From Ministeria vibrans ATCC 50519 (taxonomy: Eukaryota > Protista > Filasterea): 64,000 nucleotides of DNA. The stretch is taken from NCBI GenBank assembly GCA_943704425.1, contig CALSCP010002399.1, positions 1 to 64,000 on the forward strand, given 5' to 3'. Positions 39,301-50,273 of this stretch are shown here, piece by piece. The notes under the pieces are model-generated. The model ran no database searches. It was given only the letters and a program-made list of their open reading frames with translations, and was not told the DNA's origin. The position numbers and the translations under genes are program-made. How positions within the stretch are numbered: the stretch's first letter is position 1; each line of letters starts with the position of its first letter.

Positions 39301-40550
39301 CTGGGAGAGTATATGTGTCCTGCCACACCTGCATACCACTCGTAGCCTTGTCTTTGGCAGCGACGATTGCTGCTGCGTACACCGGTTGCCAGTCGAACAT
39401 GCGTCCACCGTTGACGCCGGTCACTACTGACCGCACCAAAGTCGCCCACTCATCCGGTGTAATCGCACGTCCGGATCCGCCGTTCAACTTGATATTCTTT
39501 ATACGTCGGAAAAGACCCGACGTGAAGCGAGCAACGGCATGCGGATAGCCGCCAGGGATCTTGTTCAAGTCGTCAAGGGACACAGGCATGCTGCCGTTGA
39601 CAAGCTTGCGGAAATACCCACGGTGAGCAGGAGCAACAGTGGGCAAAACACGCAGCGTTGTGTGGGGAAACATCATGCGAAATGATGGTGACGGCTCGTT
39701 GCCAGGATACGCAAAGAATGTTTCGAGGTACTCGTTGCACTCAAACTCTGTCGTGTTGCATGCACCACCAGTCAGCAATTCCTCGCCATCGCGAAGGAGA
39801 AACTCGATGTGTGGCTCGTGACCAAGGAAACGCCTTGCGTCCTCTTCCGCATGGGTCTGCTGCAATGCGTGCTGCACCGCGCGCTCAAGATGCTCCATCT
39901 CGATTTGCGACATTACTCCCCCTCGCACAATGAAAACTGTGTGCGAGGAGAGCGCAAGCACCGCCGCAGACATGCGATTGAGAAACTTTTCTGGACCTTG
40001 GCCGAATCCCTGAGTGTCGTAGGAGACAACAACTCCAGGTTCGCCATCAATACATGTACGATTCAAAACCATGGCAGCCACGCCCAAGGTGTGCGTAACG
40101 CCGCCGCCGGCTGTTTTCACCGGCGGCACAATAGCTGTGCCATTCGGTTCCAGGTTCAACAGGAGCCCCATAAGAATGGTGCTTTTTCCTGCCTTCGTGT
40201 GCGCCAATTGGGCGTTGGCGGAGATTGGTCCCGGCGAGGCTCCGTCGATGTGCATCGAGTCGGCAAACGAACTAATTGTGGTCTCATTGAGAACGAGCAT
40301 GTTCTCCGAATCACTCGACATAAGAGTCGTCATCGGGTGCAGAACAAGCTTACACTCAGAAGCAGTTAACCCCTTGGCACCAACGATGCCGTAAACCAGC
40401 GATGCAATGAGCATCAGCAGCACTCTGCATGAAAAATTCATAAAAGCGACGAAGAAATTAATTTAGCCAAAAAGCGCGCACTCGATCTTGCCAGACAGAG
40501 CAGTATGTTAGTCGTTACCTGTTGCGATGCGGCGTGACCAGGTTTATCAT
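36335..40550 (-). CDS. Signal peptide + GBP-family GTPase + Gly-rich region + coiled-coil/toxin-like C-terminal half (about 1373 aa)
   Basis: 4.1-kb open exon plus a probable 32-nt first exon (40550-40519, MINLVTPHRN-R) and a 94-nt GT-AG intron joining in frame to VLLMLIASLVYGIVGA. GBP motifs AGKST, THTLGV, DTQG, LALSS, FLLRD, NEYLE, LVRSVVTGVNGG. Confidence 0.8.
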
Positions 40551-41393
40551 GGTGAGTTGGAGCCACCGGAGTGAGTGAAGTGATGAAGTGTATGAATTTG
40601 AATGAATGATTTTCGAGTCGGGAGTCGTGACATGAAATTAAAGTTCACTTTTGAAGGACGTAAAAAATCTTCAAAAAATCCTGTCGGAATAAATCACCGA
40701 ATTTCTCGTGTGGTTCTCGCCTCCAGCTCCCAGCACAACGTGGAAATTTTTATGTTTGCCTTTGTGTGCAGGTTCAGGTAGACTGAGGCAGCGGGAGGGA
40801 AGTTCGTGCACTGCAAGGGCGTGTTTTGGAAGCGGGTGGTTGAACGTGGAAGTTTGGAAACGGGTGATTGAACGAGGGTTGAACTCATATACTGAAGCGC
40901 TTGAGTGTTAGGAAATAGGAGCTGAGTTGTGCACGCCACGAGCGACGAGGCTGGCGGTGAAACGGGAAACCCCACGGTAAGAGACTAAGAGTTGAAATGT
41001 TACAGTTGCAGTAGTCAAACAGTCGAGGAATTTTTTCTGTCGAAACTCACTCGAAAGTGTCCAGTCAACTATTTTCTTTCTCCTCTCCAACCGCCCAACT
41101 CCTCTTCTATCCTCTCTAAACCAGTAAGTCTTCTACGTAGCTATAGAGCATCTCTTCCAAGTGTCTTTGTTCCACTTTGACCCTCCTCCGAACTTTCTCC
41201 GCAACTACAACAGGGGGGCAATGTGAAGCTTTAAACTCTATGAGAAAAGAGCCTAAATTGGCTGACGATTGGAATTTTATGCTGGTATTCCAGGCGGCAT
41301 CGGATAACTACAGAAGCACAGCTACTCACCGTAAACACCGGATATTGAGGATAAATACAAGCTTCTTCGTTCTTTCACTTTCACTTTCACACT

Positions 41394-42147
41394 TTATACA
41401 AATGTCTGCTTGAGTTGAGCCATGAAACTGTCGTTGGGCTGTGCCAGGGGGCGTTTGGCTTGGATGTGTGCAAGGGCGGCATCGACGGTGGGGCTGTGGC
41501 CGGAGTGGACGAGGAAGGCGACGAGGACGGTCGTGCTGCGCGACCGCCCCTGCGCGCAGTGCACAAGCACACGGGCTGGCGGCGACTGTGCGCGCAGTCG
41601 CGCAAGGTGCTCGACGCCTTCGTGGACAAAGGCGTCGATCCTTTGCTCGTGGCTGTCGTCTGCGTCCACCACAATGTGCTGATTGTCCGCAATGATCTTC
41701 TGCTCAATTACTTTCGCCATTCCCGAACCAAACTTGGGCAGGAACTTCTCGAGAGTGCGCGCCACCGTCACCACTGCGGATATGTTGTTGTCGTGCAGAA
41801 AGCGGCCGTTGATGGCAGCTGCAGGATGCGGCAAAGAGACATGGGACACACTTGGTCAACACTGCAACACAACTGAACTTGTCACCTTTGAAGCCACCCA
41901 GAAAAAGGCCCGGTATGATCTCCTATGTTGTGTGCAGGTGGTCAGGGAGTCTCTCTTCTACCATCCCCTGCGTAACCTGTGCCACGCCGTCGTCTTGGGA
42001 GGTGAGGGCAGCGAGTGCATCGGCGTCGCTCACCGCCGAATGGTGCAGCCACGGACGCATGCAGTGTGCGCACGAATGGCGCTTGAACGCATTGGGAGAG
42101 AATCCAGGACACCCCTCGGGGTTGCTGCTGGCCAGCGTATACTGCAT
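41394..42147 (-). CDS. Atypical dual-specificity phosphatase with an N-terminal Cys/His motif
   Basis: EIIPGLFLGGFK micro-exon; VLVHCAQGRSRSTT (HCx5R); KRPLAQPNDSFMAQL. Confidence 0.9.
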
Positions 42148-42177
42148 GTACAAGTAAATCTGAAGTGAAACTAAAAC

Positions 42178-43992
42178 TTATGTATTCAATCTTTGGCCAC
42201 ATTTTGCACAAGATCGACTGCACGGGCCTGGCGAAGTGGAAAACAACTGGTGCGGGGAACACGAGAGGGACTCAAGGAGGGTGCTGCGGTGCAGGGACTG
42301 CTGTAGCTCAACGTGGCCCGTCGCACATCGCACCTTGTCCACCTGCGCCTCGAGCGCCCGCACCCGCGCCACCCACGACGCAGTGCTGCGCTGCAGACGC
42401 CGCTTGAGCCCCATATAGCGCTCTTTCCAGTCCAGCGAGGACGCTGATGCTGACAATACCGCCCCTTCTTCTTCGTTGTTGTGCTGCGCCTCCTGGCTCT
42501 CCTTGTGCTGTCGCTCGAGCACCACACAGCGCTCTCTCAACTGCTCACACTCGCGAATGGCTCTCGACGAGACCTCCTGCTCCTCTTCAATGCGTCTGCG
42601 CAGCACACCCACAGTCCCCTCACAGACCTTCACCCGCTCCGCACACTCTCTCGTCAGTCGCTCGTTGCTCTCTCTCTGCTTCCGCTCACTCTCAACACGC
42701 TCCAGCGCACTGCTCCTCAACTCCCGTACCACTCGATCACGCGCCGTCTCCGCTGCCTCTCGCGCACGTCCCTCCTCCACCAGCTGCGCCTGAGACTCTC
42801 TCAGCTTCACATGAAACTCCGCAATCTGCGACACACTACTGCTCTCCTCGGCACTCACTCGATCCGTCAGTGCCGCCAGACGCACCGCCATCCGCCGCGC
42901 ATCCTCGCGCAACACATTGCGCTCGCTCTGGTACCGCTTGAGCCGCGTCTGGGCCGTCTCCGTGTGCACTCGCAGTGCCTCGCGCAGCTCGTCCACAGTG
43001 CGCGCCTGACTCTCCCCATTCGCCTCTGCCTGCTTCACCTGCTCCTCGTATGCCGCGCGCGCCGCTTCCCACTCGGCTCGCTCTCTCTGTCGCTCGGTGT
43101 CGTATTCCAGTCGTAGTGTTGTAATCTGTTCCTTGTACTGTCGCACCTCAGAGCGATGTTCCGTTCGCGCAATGCTCTGTGTGTGCAGCTCACTCGCCAA
43201 TTGCTCATCAGCCTCGCGCACACGCACACGCAGACGCTCAATCTCTCCTGTAAGCGTGCGCACCGTCGCTGCCTTGGCCTCGGCCGTGTCCGTTGCCTCC
43301 TCCGCACACTCTTCTGCCGAGCGCACTCTCCCTTCCAGTTCCTGAATGCGTCGAAGCAGTCGCTCGCGCTGCGACAGGGCTTGCGTGCATTCTGCCTCCA
43401 GCCGCTCGGTCGCCTGTGTTGTCGCCGCACGCTGACTCTTGAGGGCTTCCTCCAGCTCGCGCACGCGCTGGTCGTAGGCACTCTCCATCTCAGCAATCAC
43501 CGCAACCAACTGCTCGTTCTCGCGACTCAGATCGTCCACGTCGGAGCGCAGTCGCGACACATGAGCCTACACAGAACAACACAAACACAGGCGCAGTCGT
43601 CGTCAGCAGCAAAGAGCGCACAGAGTGCGTCAGAAGCGAGACACCTTTGAGCCGGCGCTGGTCGCCTCGCTCGCTGCGTCCAGCTGCGCTTCAGCCAGGC
43701 GCATAGGCTTCTCCACGAGCAGCGACAGTCTCTCCGTGAATCGCGCCGAGTCGGCCGTGGCAAGGGCGCGCGATGCCGGCGACAGGATGGACGGCGCAGC
43801 CAGGCCCGGCGTGCGCAGCCCCCCTGGTGTGTGTGCTCCGTTGCCAGCCAGGCCCGGCGTGCGCAGTCTCCCTGGTGTGTGTGCTCCGTTGTCAAGGGTC
43901 GAAAAAAACGTTTTCCCCGACACATTCTCCGGCGTTCGCGCCTCCATATGTACAGCCTCATCAAGGCGTTTTGGTGAGAGCCGAACACTCAT
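42178..43992 (-). CDS. Long coiled-coil protein, family unassigned
   Basis: E/R/Q/A-rich heptad ORF 42178-43560 spliced to an upstream exon beginning at ATG 43992. 3' end uncertain. Confidence 0.75.
43797..43891. repeat. 48-bp coding tandem duplication (NGAHTPGxLRTPGLA x2)
   Basis: Two near-identical 48-nt units. Confidence 0.95.
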
Positions 43993-44137
43993 TCAATAAT
44001 CAATCGTTTCAGTAAGAAAAAATGATACTTTGCGAATTTTCAATCATGAACAAAAGTTCATTAACAATTTTGCCAACAATCAAACTAAATAATTAATAAT
44101 ATTATTATAAATTTTTTTGCTGCCGCTGTAGGATTCC

Positions 44138-45471
44138 ATGGCAAACTTAGCGCTATCAATTGAAAAGGCCACGACGCCGGGCGAGCCGGACTGGGCCATC
44201 ATTCTGGACTTGTGTGACGGCATCAACGAAAACCTCGTCAGGTACGCTCCCCTGCGCCCCCTGCGGCCCGAATAGCCTTGCCATAGCACTATCCTGTTGT
44301 TGTGTGTGGCTGTTGGCGTCTGTCACAATCGTGACGAACATTTGTTGCGTTTTTTTTTGCCTTTTCTTTTCGTTTTTCCATTTCGTGAGTTCAATAAAAA
44401 TTTCCCGTTGAATGGAGACTGTTCCCGTTGCTGTGGGGGAGCAGCCAGGAGATCACACCACTCACACGCGCGCTCTGATGCAGTCCGCGCGACGTCTTGC
44501 AGCAGCTAGAGGCGAAAATCAAAGGGAGCAGCACAGGAGTGGCGCTGCAGGCACTGGCGGTGCTGGAGGCCTGTGCGAACAACTGCACGCCGCCCTTCCA
44601 CCGCGCCCTTGCCGAGCAGCGCTTTCTCGACTCCCTTGCTGTCACTCTCGAACCGCGCGTATGAGGAAGAAAAAAAAACAATCACAAACACAACAAGACG
44701 CACTAAACTCACTCATTCATTCTTAGTCGTGTGCCGACCCAAAAGTGTGCGAGAAGCTCAAGGATCTGTTGCAATCGTGGGCAATGGAGTTTGGCCAAAA
44801 GGGCGGACAGCTGGGCTACCTCCAGACGATGTATCTCTCGCTCAAGGGCAGCGGTCACGAATTCCCGCCCATGCGACAGCAGCAGCAGAAGCAGCAGCGA
44901 AGTCAGCCACGGCAGGAACAGGAACAGCAACAGCGCACGGCCGCCCCGGCGGAGCTGCTTGCCGCTGCGGGCGACGATGCCGAAATGCGACTTGCCATCC
45001 AGCTGTCGTTACAAGAAGAGGAGCAAAAGCGCATCAAGCAGCAACAGCACGAGCCCCGGCAGAAGCTCTACCCTTCGCCGAGGAGCATCCGTTCGACGCC
45101 CAACACCACTCCCTCGCGACACGCACACCACCCGTCCCCTGCACGCCCATCGACCACCAACACGCCCTCGCGCACGCCCTCATCGCCCCCGAAGCAGCGC
45201 ACGATGCGTGCTCTGTACGATTTTGAGCCAAAGGAGGAGAACGAGCTGGGCTTTCGCACAGGGGACGTTATCAAAGTGCTGGACGACTCGCACCCCGAGT
45301 GGTGGAAGGGCACCGTGAACGATCACGAGGGCTTTTTCCCTGTCAATTTTACCGAGGAGGTGCGTCGACGTCGCAAGACGGAGAGAGAGAAGGAGCCCAC
45401 GGAGGAGGAGAGCGAAGGGAATGGAAAGCCAGGGGAGACCGAATCGACCACTACTCTGACGACTGGCGTGG

Positions 45472-45505
<34 letters not shown>

Positions 45506-46070
45506 CGCTGCGGCTGTGCAAGAGGTCACCGTGGACGAAGTCCTTTCGCGCTTTCTGTCTGCAGACCCGAGCAAGGAGGATCCCAATGGATTTGCCGAGC
45601 TGGAGGCACTCGCAGCGGGAGCAGCTGCACACCGGCCGGCTGTGGAGCAGAAGATGCAGGAGATTGATGGAGTGCTAGCTCAGTTGGGGTCGTTTTCGCA
45701 GCACTACACGGCAGCTATCAACGCGTACGAGTCGTTTATGCGCACGAGTGCACCGCCAAACGCACCCAGCAGCACCACAGCTCCCGTCGCAGCGTACCCT
45801 CCGTCACAGGCGTACCCTTCTCCTGGCACTGACGCACATCACCCACAGCAACACACACAGTCACTCCCCCCAGCGCACCAACAACAGTGGGCCCCCCCTA
45901 CTTCCACCCCTCCTTTCTCTCATGCTTCTCCTCCTTCTGGTGCTGCCCCCCCTCCCGCATATTACGGGGCCATTCCCACCGCATTCTACCAACCACAGCA
46001 GCAGCAGCAACCACAGCAGCAGCCACAGCAACAGCCACAACAACCACAGACAGGTGTATACCAGCGCTAA
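44138..46070 (+). CDS. STAM: ESCRT-0 subunit STAM/Hse1 (VHS-UIM-SH3-GAT-like, P/Q tail)
   Basis: IEKATT..DWAIILDLCD, ALAVLEACANNC, UIM DDAEMRLAIQLSLQE, SH3 RALYDFEPKEENELGF..WWKG..GFFPVNF. Confidence 0.92.
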
Positions 46071-46174
46071 TCGAAACACGCAAAAAGTACCAATGCAGAG
46101 GAAGACGCATCTTTATAATTTTATAATTATTATTAATTATGACTGTGAGTGTGAGGATTCAGTCACTATCACAA

Positions 46175-47503
46175 TCAGAGAGGCTGCAATGGACGCGGAG
46201 GGTACAGTTCCGTCATTGGAACGTGGAACCGTCTGCCCCAATAGTATTCATTGTGCTCACCCCCTAAGCATACGTTGTCATTCATCATCATCACACACAG
46301 ACATATATGATTTGCGTCGGAGATTGTACCTTTGTCAAGGTAGTAGAAAAGGTCAGTGTCGAGCGACCATCCTTTGCGTTGCATGTGATTGCGCACTGTC
46401 TGCGTCTCTACAAGGTCGTCACGCCCACTGCCTGAATCGCCGCTGTCCAGGTACACTGCAACTGACGTTCGTGCGTGTGCCACCAGCTCAGTCGTGTTAA
46501 ACTAGAAAATAAAACATTTGCTATGAGACTCATTGAGACTCATTCAGAAGCAGCGCTCGATTGTACGTCTTGATTGTTCCACCAAAAGGAGCTAGACATG
46601 CATCCGGCCCGATCGTATGTCGTTGAGCGCACCAGAGCGGCATAGCACGATGTCAGACCGCCCAACGATGAGCCGAGAATGCCCGCGAGGCGTGTGCTGT
46701 CAACACGGAAGTCAAACTGGACTCGCGGAAGCACCGTCGACTCGAGAAAGTCCAAGTAGTGGTCCGCACCACCGCCTTGGCTGTAGTCGGGATCTTTCGA
46801 GTATGTGTACTCGTACATGCGCTAAGACAAAGAGTGCGCTGTAGTGTCAGTGTGGCACGGGAGTGCTCTCTCACCTCTCACGCACGCCTACCTCCGGTGT
46901 GTTGTCCACTCCCACAATGATAATCTCCTCCATGGCGCCCTGGACAACAAGCGTATTGACAGTGTCCTGGCAAAGCCAGGCGATGCCTCCAAAGCTGGTC
47001 GACGTGTTGAAGAGGTTCTGGCCGTCGTGCATGACAAGCAGTGGGTAGACCTTGAAGGGATTCTCCTCGTACGACGGAGGCGTGTAGACGACCAAGTCGC
47101 GCGTGTTGCCAAGTTCCTTGGAATGGATATTGCGCACATAGGTGTAGCGGCCTTGGCGAGGCGTGAAGAAGGGCGCGAATGCGACTGTTTTATCGACAAG
47201 TGGTAGAGCTGCGACAAACTCATTTGCGCCCACTGCCCAAGCAAGCTCGCCCGTTCGTGTCGTTCCGGTCGCCTTCATTTCAAGCCGTCGTCCGACTTCG
47301 CGTTCCCCGACGGTCAGGTTGGCCTGGAACAGACCGCTTCCGACGAGATGCAGCGGGACATCCTGCGACCAGGAGAGGCCACAGCTGTCGCCGCGCAGGC
47401 CCAGCGGACCCCCTTCACTGGGGTAGTGCACATTTACTGTGAGCGTCACACCCAATACGAGGGGGATGCATAGTAGGAGGAGGTGACCCAGAGCACGCAT
47501 CAT
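46175..47503 (-). CDS. Secreted alpha/beta-hydrolase esterase (IroE/Fes-like) with an N-terminal CBM20-like beta domain
   Basis: Signal peptide; RDLVVYTPPSY..YPLLVMHDGQNLF; nucleophile elbow GSSLGG; GEHNEYYWGRR. Confidence 0.85.
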
Positions 47504-47587
47504 GAAAACAAAACAAACTGATACAAGTTACAATATGATGAACTGAAACGCCTCAACTCATATACTCATACTCATATCCACTACTTT

Positions 47588-48864
47588 TTACTTCTTCTTC
47601 TCGGACGCTTCTGCGGCCTTGTCGGCCTCAATCTGAGCCACAACAGCCTCAATGGCGTCGTTATCCAGCAGCCTCATGGGCCCACCGCGTTCCATCACGG
47701 CAATCTCAATGTTCTTTGCGCCCGACTGGACCACCTCGAGCAGCGCACTCACCGCCAGGCGCACACACCCATCGCTCGACGCCACCCCTTCCTCACTGTA
47801 GTTCTTCTCGAGGTACTCTCGGACTGTCTTGCTGCTTCGCCCCGTCGCGTTTGCCTGTACCAAAATCACATCACACTCAGAAAACAAAAGCAGCAGAGTC
47901 ACACACAGCTACCGCTGGCGTACCTTCCAAGCGGAGTATGTTCCTGACGGGTCTGTCTCGTACAGATTGGGCTTTCCGTCGTAGTCAAAGCCCACAATCA
48001 GCGTTGAAATACCAAACGGTCGTACCCCGCCACTCTGCGTGTACTTTTGTTGCACACCCGCAACGTATCGCGTAATGTACTCCACTGTAACCGGATCCTG
48101 ACGGAAAGAGACGAGAAACAAAACGGGTTTGCTCTCGTTCCTTCTGCGCTCTCTCTCCCCCACTCTGGTGCTCGCATTACCTCTACCGAGAGACGGTACG
48201 ACTGACACTCTGTCCTTGCCTTGTCGACGAGGACACGTGCGTCGGCGCTGAGTCCAGCAAACGCCATAAAGACATGATCGTCAACGAGACAGATTTTGCG
48301 AACGGTTCGCGAATCGCGCAACTTTGCCATGCTACGCTTCTCAACGCCAAGCACGACGCAGTCTGCACCGCGCACGCCAACCTACGGGTTCAGGCGAGTG
48401 TTTGAGTCCGTGTGGAAATGACACACAGTGATCAAAAAAGAAGAAACAGACACATCGAGTGAGTTTTTGGCCAAAATGACAAATGACGAGCGATTCAGTG
48501 CCAAAACAAGGCTGAGACAACGCAAAAACAACCCTGCACACCCAAGCAGGGGCGGCCGTGGTCCGCGACACGGCAGAAGCGAGTGCGTTTTGCAGATGAG
48601 TGAAGGAAATAAGAAAAAAAAAATCACGAACAAACGAAAAGATTTTTTTTTTTCTTTTCTCGTTGGTCAAAAAGAGCATTGGCGTCTCACCGCAGTCGTT
48701 CCCTTCCGTACAGCCTCAATTGCATACTCGACCTAGCACCAGGGGCAGAGGGGTGAGTGATGGTGTGAGAGAGAAAGAGAGTTCGAGTTGATGTGAGACA
48801 ATACCTGAAACAAGTGCCCGTCGGGCGAGAACACTGTGATGGCACGATCGTATCCTGCACTCAT
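47588..48864 (-). CDS. PSMA7: 20S proteasome alpha-4 subunit
   Basis: [46 protein letters not shown]. Confidence 0.97.
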
Positions 48865-48986
48865 GGTGGTCTGCTGATACAAAATGAAATACTTTGAATA
48901 GATTTGAGATTTCTTAATCTTTGATTTTTAATCGAGTGATCGGTCTAAAATAAACAATAATTTTTTATTACTGTTATTATTATCTG

Positions 48987-50089
48987 ATGAGGTGGCCCTC
49001 CCTCATTGTAATTGGCGTGCTATGCGCCATTGCACCTTTATGTCTTGCTGAGGAAGAACCAGTTGTGTCAGAGACGGTAAAAAAAAAAAAAAAACGCTGC
49101 CACGAAATCTCATGGGCCAATCTCACGCGCTGGCAACAAGCGACGGCTTCTTTTGAGAGATGCCAGACGATTTCGACGCTGGAAGTTGTGTGATTTCGTT
49201 GGGTTGTTAGTCAAAACTTGTTGAAACGTGTTTTTGAATATCGCGTCCAACTCGCCCCGCTTGCGCTGTAGACCCGTATGGAAGACGCCGACCCGACTGG
49301 AATCCTTGCGTACGCTGCAAAGGCCACCAGCAAGAAGTTTGTCCACGGCTTTGTGGCGAGCTTTGCGGTGATTCTCGTGAGGTAGGACGGACGGAAGGGG
49401 ACGCACGACGCGAGCTGATGGGGTGTTGTGTCTGCCGTAGCGAGATTGGCGATAAAACCTTCTTCATTGCTGCCATTATGGCCATGACGATGCCCCGGTT
49501 TACGGTGTTTGTCGGGGCGTTGGGTGCGCTTGCGGTGATGACTGTAATGTCGTCTTTTATGGGATTTGTGACGACGATTGTGCCGCGCTGGGTGACGTAC
49601 TACACGGCAACGGGACTGCTGGGGATATTCGGTGTGCGCATGCTGCGAGAAGGCTGGTACATGTCGGAGGCGGAGGGCCAGGAGGAGATGGACGAGGTGA
49701 CGCAGGAGCTCAAGGCGAAGCAGGAGGAGCTTGAGGCACGCAAGCCGGGCGATGTGGAGGCGGGCAGTGGCAGTGGGGACTCGGCCAAGACGCCCGCGTC
49801 GTTTCTTGGACGATTTCTGTCGCCGATTTTTATTCAGGCGTTTGTATTGACGTTTCTGGCAGAGTGGGGCGACCGGTCGCAGGTGGCAACGATCATTCTG
49901 GCGGCTCGCGAAGACCCTGTCGGCGTGACGGTGGGGGGTGTGCTGGGGCACGCCATCTGCACGGGAGGTGCTGTGCTGGGCGGGCGTCTGCTGGCCCAGC
50001 GCATCTCGGTGCGCACTGTGACTCTCGTGGGTGGCGTCGTCTTCATCCTCTTCTGCATTGTGGGTCTGCTCAGAGACCCCAACGAGTAA
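48987..50089 (+). CDS. TMEM165: GDT1/UPF0016 Golgi Ca/Mn antiporter
   Basis: Signal peptide; SEIGDKTF and AEWGDRSQ motifs. Confidence 0.96.
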
Positions 50090-50273
50090 CGAGGGAGAGA
50101 GAGACTCTCTTAGTGTGTGTTTGTATCTTCTACTTGCAGCAAAACGAAAGTGGGTTGTGTGTTTAAGTTACAGACTGGAGTATGTATGTATGTGTATGTA
50201 TGCATGTATGTATGTATGTGTGTGTGTGTGTGTGTGGGTGTAGTGTAGTGTAGTGTAGTGTGTGTGTATGTGT

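Noticed and set aside
40788-41100. Resemblance of gcgggagggaagttc...tctcctctccaaccgccc to the ends of RNase P RNA
   Set aside because: I could not place the conserved CR-I and CR-V elements; an Infernal search would be needed.
36335-41390. GBP fusion locus as a transposon, viral insert or bacterial contaminant
   Set aside because: I found no terminal repeats, target-site duplication, or transposase or viral genes, and the gene has a plausible spliceosomal intron.
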